From Escherichia phage PECP20, in sequence record OQ873415.1: a DNA stretch of 64,000 nt; one strand, given 5' to 3'. The notes beneath the pieces were generated by a model. That model saw nothing but the letters and a program-made list of their open reading frames with translations. It made no database searches and was not told where the DNA came from. Positions 1 to 9,195 of the stretch are shown here, piece by piece. Each line of letters begins with the position of its first letter. The stretch's first letter is position 1. Position numbers and translations under genes: made by a program.

Positions 1-164
1 CGCTTGGCGCATGTGACGTTGTCACGTTCAATTATTAACGAGAAGTTGGTCCCATGGATTTTCTCACGTGCTACCCAAACACCAGTAGTCAAACCATTAG
101 TGTAGAGTTTTTCAATAAACTTAGAGTTGTAGTGGTTTTCAAGACTGCTGTATTTCTTAAACAT
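1..164 (-). CDS. rnlB: RNA ligase 2 (Rnl2), N-terminal part; gene continues beyond window start
   Basis: Minus-strand translation from ATG at 164 gives [21 protein letters not shown]...[15 protein letters not shown], matching the T4 Rnl2 N-terminus including the KxHG nucleotidyltransferase motif I. Confidence 0.8.
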   Translation of the reverse strand, partial: MFKKYSSLENHYNSKFIEKLYTNGLTTGVWVAREKIHGTNFSLIIERDNVTCAK

Positions 165-255
165 AAATCACCATTATAAATAATAATATCAAAATAATTA
201 GCAGAGACTCTATCTCCGACCCGATGTTTAATTTGAATGGATAGAACCTAGATTC

Positions 256-281
256 ATTATACCATCAAAAAATGTAAAGCA
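256..281 (-). promoter_or_regulatory. MotA-dependent middle promoter upstream of rnlB
   Basis: Minus strand reads ATGCTTTAC (MotA box, plus 275-281) then 13 nt then TATAAT (plus 256-261); no sigma70 -35. Confidence 0.45.
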
Positions 282-283
282 TA

Positions 284-535
284 TTAGAACTTGATTTCTA
301 TCCAATGACCATCACGTTGGTCGTGATTAATTTTGTACTGAAAGCCATTATCACGTAACCACTGCCCGACTTGCTCGGTGATAGTTAAATCATTCTTTGA
401 TGGATAGTACGTGAATTGTGTCTGGCCTTTGTCAGCGGCTTTCTCTGCCATCACAGAGAAGTTAGTAATAAAATCACTCAACAAATTGGCTTTAATGGCC
501 AGAGCCCTTTCTCTTAATTCCTGTGCAAAACTCAT
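284..535 (-). CDS. hypothetical protein (83 aa)
   Basis: ORF in minus-strand operon upstream of rnlB; 4-nt overlap with upstream ORF; no recognisable motif. Confidence 0.5.
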   Translation of the reverse strand: MSFAQELRERALAIKANLLSDFITNFSVMAEKAADKGQTQFTYYPSKNDLTITEQVGQWLRDNGFQYKINHDQRDGHWIEIKF

Positions 536-732
536 TTCTTCACCTTTTTATTAATCAGACGTTTACGGTATACAACTTTTTCTTTTGCTTTAAACTTTGA
601 CCGAGCTGTCTCGGCTTTAGTCCATAGTAATCCAACTTCTTTAGGTTGTAAACCGATTTTTTGAGCAATTTCTACGAATGAAAATCCCGCCTCATGTAAT
701 GTATAAACTTCAACTTCAGCTCTCATAATCAA
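532..732 (-). CDS. hypothetical small protein with helix-turn-helix-like segment (66 aa)
   Basis: ORF with basic C-terminus and HTH-like stretch LHEAGFSFVEIAQKIGLQPKEV. Confidence 0.45.
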   Translation of the reverse strand: MIMRAEVEVYTLHEAGFSFVEIAQKIGLQPKEVGLLWTKAETARSKFKAKEKVVYRKRLINKKVKK

Positions 733-794
733 TCCAGTATTATTTGGTTTGTGCCATTATATACATCAATCTCAAGTTGTGGTTTATATGCTTT

Positions 795-820
795 AAAACG
801 AAGAAAGGGGCCGAAGCCCC
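795..820 (-). terminator. rho-independent terminator downstream of hoc
   Basis: GGGGCTTCGGCCCC hairpin (807-820) followed on the minus strand by TTTCTTCGTTTT, 6 nt after the hoc stop. Confidence 0.6.
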
Positions 821-826
821 TTACGA

Positions 827-2242
827 TTATGGATATGTATAAATGATACCAGTTTCTAGCGCAGTTTTATGAATGATGTATCCATTACGTGATTCTTGAA
901 CATCAACTTCTGGATAGTCTTTCATCATCTTCTGAAGCGTATAACGATGCAAGTAGTACTTACTACCCGGATCGTCGATTTTCCAATCTTTACCTTCTTC
1001 AGTCATTTTTTGGATTTCATCCATAACCCACCAACCACACCAAATGTAAGCTGAAGTACGGTGTGGAAGAGGATGAACATAAGGTAATTCACCTTCTGGT
1101 TCAATTGGAGTCCGTTCAGCAATAACAACTTCAGCGGTTGAACTAATTGTCTTTGGAGTATAATTATCTTTAGTTAATACTGCTTCAACTTTAATTGTAT
1201 GAGTACCAGCTGAGGAGGTATCAATACTGTAAGTATTGGTAGAATTACTTTCTGCTACGTTGTCTTTCTTCCAAGAATACACAATATTAGTATCACCTGG
1301 AGCACCAGTAACAGATGCTGTTAAAGTTGCAGTTCCACCAACAGTAGTATTAACTGATGGCGGAGATAAAGAAATGGTGGCACTATTAAATGTCGCATTA
1401 TTAGTTACTACTGTTGCTTCTGCTGAAATTTCTTTTGTAACATAATTTGTTGCAGAAACAGATACAGTGCATTTAAGAGTTTTACTTCCGACCTCGGTTG
1501 GAGTGAATTTATATGTAGCAGAAGTTGCATCCGGAATATTACTGTCATCCATTGACCACTGGAATGATGTAGTAGCACCTGAGGGTGCACTAGAGACATT
1601 TGCAGTTAAAGTAATAGGAACACCAAAGACCGTAGTCGGAGACTCAGGCGTAATTTTTAGTGTTGAAGAATTAGCCTTTTTATTTACAGTCAAAGAAACC
1701 GCTGATGATTCTACTGTTTTATCAACGTAATCAGTTGCAGTTACTGTGACGGAGCAAGTTATAGACTTAGTTCCTTCAGATGTTGGTGTATATTCAAAGG
1801 TTGATTGCTTTTGACCATCAGCAGCGACCCCGTCAACTTTCCATGTATAAGCAATAGCAGCACCACTAGGTTGATTACTTACATTAGCAGTGAATGTTGT
1901 TGCTGTTCCAATTTCTACTGCAGCCGGAGAAGCCGGAGTAACAGCGACGGTAGAATTATTTTCTTTCTTATTAACAGTGATAGTTGTTGACGCTTCAGCT
2001 ATTTCCGGATCTCCTGCGGAAAGTGTATTAGTTGCAACCACTTTAATTTTTTTTGTTCCTGCTGGAGAAGCAAGAGTATAATCCATTGTAGCAGCCGTAG
2101 ACTCCTGTGCTATATCATCTACAGTCCAGACGTATGTAATAGTACCATCTGGACTTTCACCTGCAGGTGTAGCAGTGAATGTTTGTGAACCTCCAATAAC
2201 CCCTGTAGGAGTTAAAGGAGATAACGTGACAGTGAATGCCAT
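827..2242 (-). CDS. hoc: Hoc, highly immunogenic outer capsid protein with four tandem Ig-like domains
   Basis: 471-aa Ser/Thr-rich protein with four repeated Ig-like units (recurring ...TxTA.V...Y.W... pattern) and a T4 Hoc-like C-terminal capsid-binding domain (YIWCGWWVMDEIQKM...). Confidence 0.85.
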   Translation of the reverse strand: MAFTVTLSPLTPTGVIGGSQTFTATPAGESPDGTITYVWTVDDIAQESTAATMDYTLASPAGTKKIKVVATNTLSAGDPEIAEASTTITVNKKENNSTVAVTPASPAAVEIGTATTFTANVSNQPSGAAIAYTWKVDGVAADGQKQSTFEYTPTSEGTKSITCSVTVTATDYVDKTVESSAVSLTVNKKANSSTLKITPESPTTVFGVPITLTANVSSAPSGATTSFQWSMDDSNIPDATSATYKFTPTEVGSKTLKCTVSVSATNYVTKEISAEATVVTNNATFNSATISLSPPSVNTTVGGTATLTASVTGAPGDTNIVYSWKKDNVAESNSTNTYSIDTSSAGTHTIKVEAVLTKDNYTPKTISSTAEVVIAERTPIEPEGELPYVHPLPHRTSAYIWCGWWVMDEIQKMTEEGKDWKIDDPGSKYYLHRYTLQKMMKDYPEVDVQESRNGYIIHKTALETGIIYTYP

Positions 2243-2251
2243 AAGTTATCC

Positions 2252-2920
2252 TTATTTTAATGTTACGAAAGAAGAATTACGAGTTTCACGAATTAGAACT
2301 GATCCATCGCGATTAATATAATAAATTAAGCTAAATAATGTTTGGTGAGCAGAAGCATGCACAAAACTCGTTGGGTGAGATTTCCAATCAGGTGTTTCGG
2401 CTATCCATTGATAAATCCACCAAGGAACAGTAACATATCCTGGACCTTTGCCTAATTTAATGAGTGTAGGACTAAAATTTTCAGGCAGAACAAATTTTAC
2501 TTCTTTATTTACCTCTGTCTCAGGCTCTTTTTCAGATTCAACAACCTTAGTAATTGCTTCTTCAAATTTATCATGGTCGAATTCTTTTTCTTGTTCGACA
2601 ACTTCTAATACTTCAACTTGTTCTGTTGGAGAATCAAACAACAGAATAGCTTCTTCTTTAACTTCTTCGTTGGTGAAATTAACACCGTCCACATCATCTG
2701 CGGCAGTAATTAAATCGGTGATAGATAATCCATCAGTTTCAGGTAATGGTTCATCAGCCAGTGCGTTAAGAGCTTCTTCGATATCAACAACAATATTATC
2801 GAATGATTTTGTTTTCTTAACACTAATGCCAAATTGTTTCGCATATTCGAACAGTTTAGCTTTGGCTTCCTTTTTATCGGAAAGAGCACGTAACTCTTCA
2901 ATATAGTCTTTATCGATCAT
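2252..2920 (-). CDS. inh: Inh, inhibitor of prohead protease
   Basis: 222-aa acidic protein at the T4 inh position between hoc and uvsW; C-terminal region resembles T4 Inh. Confidence 0.7.
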   Translation of the reverse strand: MIDKDYIEELRALSDKKEAKAKLFEYAKQFGISVKKTKSFDNIVVDIEEALNALADEPLPETDGLSITDLITAADDVDGVNFTNEEVKEEAILLFDSPTEQVEVLEVVEQEKEFDHDKFEEAITKVVESEKEPETEVNKEVKFVLPENFSPTLIKLGKGPGYVTVPWWIYQWIAETPDWKSHPTSFVHASAHQTLFSLIYYINRDGSVLIRETRNSSFVTLK

Positions 2921-2933
2921 AGTATTTCCTCAT

Positions 2934-2941
2934 TATAAATA
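2934..2941 (+). promoter_or_regulatory. late promoter (TATAAATA) for uvsW
   Basis: Exact TATAAATA 30 nt upstream of the uvsW ATG. Confidence 0.55.
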
Positions 2942-2970
2942 TAACTATATTTATTACATGGTAATTTGAC

Positions 2971-4485
2971 ATGACTGACATTAAAGTACATTTTTATGAT
3001 TTTAGTCACGTTCGCATTGAATGCGACGAAAGTACGTTTTACGAACTTCGTGACTTTTTTAGCTTTGAAGCCGACGGGTATAAATTTAACCCAAAATATC
3101 GCTATGGGCAATGGGATGGTAGAATTCGACTTTTAGATTACAATCGTTTGTTACCATATGGTCTTGTAGGACAAATAAAAAAGTTCTGTAACAATATGAG
3201 TTATTCTATATGGATTGACCCTAAAATCTTTGAGACTGAAGACCTTACCAGGGAAGATTTTGACGCGTGGCTTTCTAAACAAGAAATTTATTCGGGCAAC
3301 GCCAAAATCGAACCACATTGGTATCAAAAAGATGCAGTATATGAAGGACTAGTTAATCGTCGTCGAATTTTAAACCTTCCGACATCAGCAGGTAAATCAC
3401 TAATCCAAGCACTTTTATCTCGGTATTATCTAGAGAACTATGAAGGTAAAATTCTCATTATCGTCCCTACAACAGCATTGACAACCCAGATGGCTAATGA
3501 TTTTGTTGATTATCGCTTGTTTAGTCATTCGATGATTAAGAAAATTGGCGGTGGTGCTGATAAAGCAGACAGAGCTAAAAACGACGCTCCAATTATTGTT
3601 GGCACATGGCAAACGGTAGTTAAGCAGCCTAAAGAATGGTTCTCTCAGTTCGGTATGATGATGAACGATGAATGCCACTTAGCAACAGGCAAAAGTATTT
3701 CTTCAATCATCTCAGGATTAAATAATTGCATGTTTAAATTCGGTTTATCTGGCTCATTAAGAGACGGAAAAGCCAATGTAATGCAGTACGTAGGTATGTT
3801 CGGCGAAATCTTCCGTCCTGTTAGCACGTCTAAATTAATGGAAGACGGACAGGTAACTGAGCTTAAGATTAATAGTATTTTCCTTCGTTATCCAGACGAA
3901 TTCGCCACCAAATTAAAAGGTAAAACATACCAAGAAGAAGTTAAAATTATTACCGGACTAAAACGTCGTACAAAGTGGATTGCTCAACTTTCAGTCAAAT
4001 TAGCCAAGAAAGACGAGAACGCCTTTGTAATGTTTAAACATGTTACACACGGTAAAGAAATATTTGAAGCTATTAAAGAGCTTGGATACGAAAAAGTTTA
4101 TTACGTATCAGGTGAAGTTGATACTGAAACACGTAACGCGCTTAAAGTCATGGCAGAAAATGGTAAAGGCATTATTATTGTCGCATCATATGGAGTATTC
4201 TCTACCGGTATTTCAGTCAAGAATCTTCATCATGTTATTTTTGCCCATGGTGTTAAATCAAAAATTATCGTACTTCAAACAGTAGGTCGTGTGCTTCGTA
4301 AGCATGGTTCTAAAGCTGTTGCTACAGTTTGGGATCTCATCGATGACGCAGGTGTAAAACCTAAATCATTAAATACTAAAAAGAAGTATACTCATCTTAA
4401 TTACTTGTTAAAACACGGTATTGATCGTATCCAGCGTTACGCTGATGAGAAATTTAACTATGTAATGAAAACAATTAATTTATAA
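2971..4485 (+). CDS. uvsW: UvsW DNA/RNA helicase (SF2)
   Basis: 504 aa; N-terminus MTDIKVHFYDFSHVRIECDESTFYELRDFFSF and Walker A NLPTSAGKS, DECH box, strongly T4 UvsW-like. Confidence 0.95.
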   Translation: MTDIKVHFYDFSHVRIECDESTFYELRDFFSFEADGYKFNPKYRYGQWDGRIRLLDYNRLLPYGLVGQIKKFCNNMSYSIWIDPKIFETEDLTREDFDAWLSKQEIYSGNAKIEPHWYQKDAVYEGLVNRRRILNLPTSAGKSLIQALLSRYYLENYEGKILIIVPTTALTTQMANDFVDYRLFSHSMIKKIGGGADKADRAKNDAPIIVGTWQTVVKQPKEWFSQFGMMMNDECHLATGKSISSIISGLNNCMFKFGLSGSLRDGKANVMQYVGMFGEIFRPVSTSKLMEDGQVTELKINSIFLRYPDEFATKLKGKTYQEEVKIITGLKRRTKWIAQLSVKLAKKDENAFVMFKHVTHGKEIFEAIKELGYEKVYYVSGEVDTETRNALKVMAENGKGIIIVASYGVFSTGISVKNLHHVIFAHGVKSKIIVLQTVGRVLRKHGSKAVATVWDLIDDAGVKPKSLNTKKKYTHLNYLLKHGIDRIQRYADEKFNYVMKTINL

Positions 4486-4497
4486 GGGCTTCGGCCC
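4486..4497 (+). other. intercistronic GC hairpin between uvsW and uvsW.1
   Basis: GGGCTTCGGCCC immediately after the uvsW stop and before the uvsW.1 SD; no U-tract, so more likely an RNA stability/processing structure than a terminator. Confidence 0.4.
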
Positions 4498-4510
4498 TTA
4501 GGAGATAAAA

Positions 4511-4744
4511 ATGGTACTTGAATTTAAACAATTTTTATACGAAGCATCTATTGACGAATTCATGGGTAAAATTGCTAGTTGTCATACCCTAGAAGGGCTT
4601 GAAGAATTGGAAGCTTATTATAAGAAACGTATAAAAGAAACGGAATTAAAAGATACAGATGATATTTCTGTCAGGGATGCCTTAGCAGGTAAGCGTGCCG
4701 AACTTGAAGGCGACGATGATGAGGATGTGGAAGAAGACTTCTAA
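4511..4744 (+). CDS. uvsW.1: UvsW.1 small acidic protein
   Basis: 77-aa ORF with SD GGAG directly after uvsW, as in T4. Confidence 0.75.
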   Translation: MVLEFKQFLYEASIDEFMGKIASCHTLEGLEELEAYYKKRIKETELKDTDDISVRDALAGKRAELEGDDDEDVEEDF

Positions 4745-4748
4745 TTAA

Positions 4749-4776
4749 AAAAAGGCCCGACCTTTTTGGAAGGGCC
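4749..4776. terminator. probable bidirectional terminator between uvsW.1 (+) and the minus-strand uvsY operon
   Basis: AAAAAGG-CCCGA-CCTTTTT and GGCCC...GGGCC stems; on the minus strand the hairpin is followed by TTTTTTT. Confidence 0.5.
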
Positions 4777-4802
4777 AAAAACCATAGGCAAAAAAGGTAA
4801 CA

Positions 4803-4970
4803 CTATAGTAAAAGTTGGGTTTCGTTCAATTGCTCTTCTGAACTTTCTGAAACCGGCAATTGTTGTACATAATTATAACAAGGACCAGGATGTGCTGGAC
4901 CTTTGTCTGTTTCAACAACCAATGCAGAATCGATTGGAGTTTTACAGACAACACAAATCTTATCTGACAT
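4803..4970 (-). CDS. small cysteine-containing protein (55 aa), late-expressed
   Basis: ATG at 4970 with SD GGAGG; CxxC near N-terminus (MSDKICVVCK...); own TATAAATA late promoter at 5000-5007 and terminator at 4749-4776; the plus-strand ORF 4766-4972 in the track is its antisense shadow. Confidence 0.55.
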   Translation of the reverse strand: MSDKICVVCKTPIDSALVVETDKGPAHPGPCYNYVQQLPVSESSEEQLNETQLLL

Positions 4971-4999
4971 GATTGCCTCCTAAGTTGAAATTACATATC

Positions 5000-5007
5000 T
5001 ATTTATA
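5000..5007 (-). promoter_or_regulatory. late promoter (TATAAATA on minus strand)
   Basis: Plus-strand TATTTATA at 5000-5007, about 30 nt upstream of the ATG at 4970. Confidence 0.45.
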
Positions 5008-5227
5008 CCACTCGCATGCACATATCGATACCCATATCTTTTGTATAAAAATACTCGTCGATATACCCAGCAAACTTCCCTTTAATATAAAGGACGTCTT
5101 CGCCACAAGGATGGTCTGCCAGGATACGAATATCCTGACGTCGTAGACGATACTTTTCCATTAAGAATTTAATTTCAGTTTCAAATTCTTCATCATTATT
5201 AAAGGCATCTTCAATTGAATAACGCAT
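5003..5227 (-). CDS. hypothetical protein (74 aa), uvsY.-1 position
   Basis: ORF whose ATG overlaps the uvsY stop (TAATG); same position as T4 uvsY.-1. Confidence 0.55.
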   Translation of the reverse strand: MRYSIEDAFNNDEEFETEIKFLMEKYRLRRQDIRILADHPCGEDVLYIKGKFAGYIDEYFYTKDMGIDMCMRVV

Positions 5228-5640
5228 TATTGCCCCGCTTCAAATTCTCGCATATCTTGAATATGTTTAAGTGCAAAACTACGAGACTTGACTGCATCAA
5301 GTGCACCACTACAGAACTCAAGTAAAATTCCCCAGTATTGTAAAGTAGTCTCTATTTTAAGCACATCTTTATCTGCAGCCAGGACAGTTTTCATTTCAGA
5401 TTTCTCATATCGGTCCATACTGAATTCATCACCATCACCTCGTCCCGAGTAGTAGTCTAATCTTGCTTTTAGAGCAGTTTTCTTCTGAGTCTCTATACGC
5501 AACATTTCTTTACGAATAAATGAGTGCTTACGTAGCCATTTGCTGTATAACTTAACATTATTCGCCGTCTCATATTGCAACTTTGTCGTATCAATAGCTA
5601 AGTCTGCGTCTAACTCTTCCTGTAAATCTTCCAGCTTCAT
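5227..5640 (-). CDS. uvsY: UvsY recombination mediator
   Basis: 137-aa product from the internal ATG at 5640 (MKLEDLQEEL...KLQYETANNV...YYSGRGDGDEFSMDRYEKSEMK...) matches T4 UvsY; the 164-aa track ORF is an upstream in-frame extension. Confidence 0.9.
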   Translation of the reverse strand: MKLEDLQEELDADLAIDTTKLQYETANNVKLYSKWLRKHSFIRKEMLRIETQKKTALKARLDYYSGRGDGDEFSMDRYEKSEMKTVLAADKDVLKIETTLQYWGILLEFCSGALDAVKSRSFALKHIQDMREFEAGQ

Positions 5641-5695
5641 AATGTTCTCTCTTTTAACTAATAATCTCCCGGCTGTATCGGAAGGACCTAAAACC

Positions 5696-5720
5696 ATTAT
5701 ACATAGGTTGCCTTGAAGCA
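5696..5720 (-). promoter_or_regulatory. MotA-dependent middle promoter for uvsY
   Basis: Minus strand TGCTTCA (plus 5714-5720), 12 nt, TATAAT (plus 5696-5701). Confidence 0.55.
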
Positions 5721-6119
5721 TTACACTCTATTGCTTGACGCTAACTGAAGTTTGATTTGTTCGATATCATCAGGGTTGTCTACGACCGAAAATCTAATCT
5801 CTACTATAACTGTATAGTCATCATATACTGGCGTTACACTTACAGAAAGTTTGTCGATGCGTGGCTCATAGTTACGAACAGCTGCCTGGATATTACGCTC
5901 AATCGTATTGGCTGTAAGTGGTGTCATGTTCTCGAAAAGTTCATCAACCAAATCGCATCCAAATTCAGGGTCGAAGGGGCGTGAGCCTTTTCTAGTTGTC
6001 ACTATACCAAGAAGACTATTTTTAATAGAACGAAGTCCTACAGAACGAGCAACGTCCTTGTTCCAATCCATACGCATTTCTGGGTCGATATCTGAATAAA
6101 GTTTATTGATATTAGACAT
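5721..6119 (-). CDS. 25: gp25 baseplate wedge subunit
   Basis: 132 aa, T4 gp25-like throughout (MSNINKLYSDIDPEMRMDWNKDV...). Confidence 0.92.
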   Translation of the reverse strand: MSNINKLYSDIDPEMRMDWNKDVARSVGLRSIKNSLLGIVTTRKGSRPFDPEFGCDLVDELFENMTPLTANTIERNIQAAVRNYEPRIDKLSVSVTPVYDDYTVIVEIRFSVVDNPDDIEQIKLQLASSNRV

Positions 6120-6745
6120 TATAGTAACTCAAAGAATTCTTTGAGGCCTCGTATTGTGTGAACGTGTGACGCCCCACATTTGGGACATTTAATAGGGGTT
6201 GCCAGATAAATTGACGGTGATACCAAAAGATTTTTAATATTAATCATGTCATCTTCTGTTATAAGGCCGTAAAGGTCGTTTATTTCTGCTTCAGTTAAAT
6301 CTTCAACAGGGATGGACTCTCCATTGACAAAAACAGCCTCAATACATGAAGCAATCATTAATGCGATATTTTTATCATCAAATAATTTAGGTTGACGGAA
6401 CTTAATTTTAATACCACTGAACGAATACCAGGGATCCGCCTGTTCATCTAATTGAGTGTGCAATAAATTCATATAGACTTGAAATGAATGCCCACAGGAA
6501 CAATTCCAGGTGTGTTCTTGATTCACTTCACCTAATGAATGTGCCCACAGATTTACCAACAATAGCTCGGCTTCTTGTTTAGTCAAGTTTTTAGCATTAG
6601 AGCAATTAGTGATAATATTGTTCACTGCTGATTCAATAGTACCGGTAGCCCGCGCACCTATGAGTCCTAAATATTCTTTTAAAGTAAAGGCTCTACAATT
6701 CACTTCTTTATCGCCTAAACGTACGGTAAACGTATATTTGTACAT
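6119..6745 (-). CDS. 26: gp26 baseplate hub subunit
   Basis: 208 aa, same length and position as T4 gp26, divergent from gene 51. Confidence 0.85.
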   Translation of the reverse strand: MYKYTFTVRLGDKEVNCRAFTLKEYLGLIGARATGTIESAVNNIITNCSNAKNLTKQEAELLLVNLWAHSLGEVNQEHTWNCSCGHSFQVYMNLLHTQLDEQADPWYSFSGIKIKFRQPKLFDDKNIALMIASCIEAVFVNGESIPVEDLTEAEINDLYGLITEDDMINIKNLLVSPSIYLATPIKCPKCGASHVHTIRGLKEFFELL

Positions 6746-6763
6746 GTTAACTCCTTTATTGTG

Positions 6764-6775
6764 TATTTATAAATA
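6764..6775. promoter_or_regulatory. overlapping divergent late promoters for genes 26 (minus) and 51 (plus)
   Basis: TATTTATAAATA: plus TATAAATA at 6768-6775 and minus TATAAATA at 6764-6771. Confidence 0.6.
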
Positions 6776-6792
6776 ATAGAAAAGGAGTAATT

Positions 6793-7545
6793 ATGGCTAA
6801 TATAATTCGTTGTAAATTACCGGATGGTGTTCATCGTTTCAAGCCGTTCACCGTGGCGGATTATAGAGACTTTTTACTAGTTAGAAATGATATCGAACAT
6901 CGTTCGCCACAAGAACAAAAAGAAATAATTGCCGATCTGATTGATGATTATTTTGGCGAGTACCCTAAAACATGGCAACCATTTATATTCCTGCAAGTTT
7001 TTGCAGGCTCTATAGGCAAAACAAAAGTTCCCGTTATTTTCACTTGCCCTAAATGCTCTAAAGAAAAAACTGCACCATTTGAGATATATCAAAAAGAACT
7101 AGTCGAACCTGAACTTGATGTTGCTGGTATAAAAATACGTTTTTCTTTCCCTGAAAAGTTTTATGACAATAAAGCATTAATGATAAGTGAAAACATAAAA
7201 GAAATATATTATAATGATGAATGGTACCCATGGAATGATTTGACTGAAGAGAACCAAATCCAAGTAATAGAAGCAATAGACATTGACTCTCTCGAGAAGG
7301 TTATTGCTTCTATGAACCCTATTAATTTGACCCTTAGATTAGGTTGTTGTGAACGCCATGTTAAAACATATACTGATATCTTAGAGGTTTTTAAATTGTT
7401 AGTTAACCCTGATGAGATTTTTACATTCTATCAGATAAACCATTCACTAGTAAAGAGTCAATACACATTGGATTCTATTATGCAAATGATTCCTGTTGAA
7501 CGTGGTATTGCTTTAACATTAGTAGAAAAGGACCATAAAAAATGA
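6793..7545 (+). CDS. 51: gp51 baseplate hub assembly protein
   Basis: 250 aa at the T4 gene 51 position; contains two CxxC-type pairs. Confidence 0.85.
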   Translation: MANIIRCKLPDGVHRFKPFTVADYRDFLLVRNDIEHRSPQEQKEIIADLIDDYFGEYPKTWQPFIFLQVFAGSIGKTKVPVIFTCPKCSKEKTAPFEIYQKELVEPELDVAGIKIRFSFPEKFYDNKALMISENIKEIYYNDEWYPWNDLTEENQIQVIEAIDIDSLEKVIASMNPINLTLRLGCCERHVKTYTDILEVFKLLVNPDEIFTFYQINHSLVKSQYTLDSIMQMIPVERGIALTLVEKDHKK

Positions 7546-8714
7546 CAGTATTCCAACGTCCAGGATATCCTAACTTAAGCGTTAAATTATATCAAGATTA
7601 TTCGGCTTGGCAAGAAAATAGATACGTTGAACTCGCTGCAACAATAACAACTTTAACCATGCGAGATTCGCTATATGGAAGAAATGAAGGGATTCTTCAA
7701 TTTTATGACACTAAAAACATCCACACTAAAATGGATGGTAGGCAGATAGTCCAAATCTCTGTTTCAAATTCAAACACACCTCTCCAAGTTAGAACTCGAA
7801 TTTACGGATGTAGACATTATTCTGTGTCTGTGGACTCAAAAGGTGACAATATTATTGCAATTGAGCTTGGAACAATACATTCTATAGAGAACCTTAAATT
7901 TGGGCGTCCGTTCTTCCCGGACGCAGGCGAATCTATACGTGAAATGTTAGGTGTCATATATAAAGACCGTACGTTAATTACTCCGCCAATAAACACTATT
8001 AATGCTTATGTTCCTGATATTCCTTGGACAAGCACATTTGATGATTATTTGGCATATGTCAGAGAATTAGGACTTGCTACAGCGAGTGATAAGTTCGTAT
8101 TCGTATGGCAAGATATTTTAGGCGTAAACATGATTGACTACGATACTCTTATTGGTCAAGAAGGCATTAAGATGATTGTAGGTGAGCCAAATACTGTAGG
8201 TCAGTATATTCAAGAGCTTGAGTATCCATTAGTATGGGATTTTACCTGGATGACTAAAGCCAACCAATTTACAAGAGACCCTATTAAAAACGCCACAATA
8301 TTCGCCCATTCATTTTTAGATACATCTATTCCAGTTATTGTTACTGGCGACGGCGATAATGCTATTCTTGTGTCAAGATCCGGCGGATATTCCGAAATGA
8401 CCTATCGTAACGGATTTGAAGAAGCAAGTCGTCTTCAGACAATGGCTCAATACGACGGTTATGCTAAATGCACTACTACAGGTAATTTTAACATAACGCC
8501 TGCTACTAAAATTATATTTGTTGACCAAAAGAACCAATTCAAATCCGAATTTTACGTGGATGAAGTTATTCATGAGTTATCAAATAACAACTCACAAACT
8601 CATCTGTACATGTTTACCAACTCAATGGTGTTAGAACCTGTTAACCCAGTTAAGGTTAAAAATGAACTTAAATCTGATTCTACCTCTAAAGAAAATAATT
8701 CTACCACAGTCTAA
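7542..8714 (+). CDS. 27: gp27 baseplate hub subunit
   Basis: 390 aa; T4 gp27 length and position; ATGA overlap with gene 51. Confidence 0.9.
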   Translation: MTVFQRPGYPNLSVKLYQDYSAWQENRYVELAATITTLTMRDSLYGRNEGILQFYDTKNIHTKMDGRQIVQISVSNSNTPLQVRTRIYGCRHYSVSVDSKGDNIIAIELGTIHSIENLKFGRPFFPDAGESIREMLGVIYKDRTLITPPINTINAYVPDIPWTSTFDDYLAYVRELGLATASDKFVFVWQDILGVNMIDYDTLIGQEGIKMIVGEPNTVGQYIQELEYPLVWDFTWMTKANQFTRDPIKNATIFAHSFLDTSIPVIVTGDGDNAILVSRSGGYSEMTYRNGFEEASRLQTMAQYDGYAKCTTTGNFNITPATKIIFVDQKNQFKSEFYVDEVIHELSNNNSQTHLYMFTNSMVLEPVNPVKVKNELKSDSTSKENNSTTV

Positions 8715-9195
8715 TAAAAAGGTAATGATTCCCAAATTAGGGCTCAAACATTATAATCTTTTAAAGGATGTTAAAGGTCCTGATGAAAACATGAAAATCT
8801 TAGCTGATTCTATTTGTAAAAATATGAGTCCTGCTGATTTTGATTTTGCATGTCTACATATATTGGAATTTAATAACAAACTTAAGTCTGAAGTTGAAAA
8901 AGACGGATTCACATATAAACTAGATGACGTCTATGTATGCCAACGAACAGAATTCCAATTCCAAGGCAATACTTTTTATTTTAGACCTCCAGGCAAATTT
9001 GAACAATTCGCTACAATCAGTGAAATGTTATCAAATTGCTTAATAAAAGTTAATGACGAAGAGAAAGAAATTTCTTTCCTTGAGATGCCTGCTTTTGTAA
9101 TCAAATGGGCAGAAGACCTTTCGACAACCATTGCTATTCCAGGCCCTAATGGCCCTATTAAGGGTATAGCAGAAATTATTGGATTGCTTGAATGA
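8662..9195 (+). CDS. 28: gp28 baseplate hub distal subunit
   Basis: 177-aa ORF with SD AAGG; start overlaps the gp27 3' end; T4 gp28 is 177 aa. Confidence 0.75.
   Translation: MNLNLILPLKKIILPQSNKKVMIPKLGLKHYNLLKDVKGPDENMKILADSICKNMSPADFDFACLHILEFNNKLKSEVEKDGFTYKLDDVYVCQRTEFQFQGNTFYFRPPGKFEQFATISEMLSNCLIKVNDEEKEISFLEMPAFVIKWAEDLSTTIAIPGPNGPIKGIAEIIGLLE

Noticed and set aside
175-182. Plus-strand TATAAATA near rnlB
   Set aside because: It points antisense into minus-strand early genes with no plus-strand ORF downstream; in AT-rich DNA a few chance 8-mer matches are expected
1236-2081. Plus-strand ORFs (69, 87, 61, 63 aa) inside the hoc region
   Set aside because: They lie antisense to the well-supported Hoc reading frame and are rich in Val/Ser/Thr as expected from the reverse complement of Ig-domain codons; no SD or promoter
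4766-4972. 68-aa plus-strand ORF between uvsW.1 and uvsY.-1
   Set aside because: Antisense to a minus-strand ORF that has SD GGAGG, a late promoter and a terminator; the plus ORF lies downstream of the uvsW.1 terminator and has no RBS
5641-5721. N-terminal 27-codon extension of uvsY in the ORF track (164 aa)
   Set aside because: The extension contains the uvsY middle promoter, and the T4 UvsY length (137 aa) matches the internal ATG at 5640
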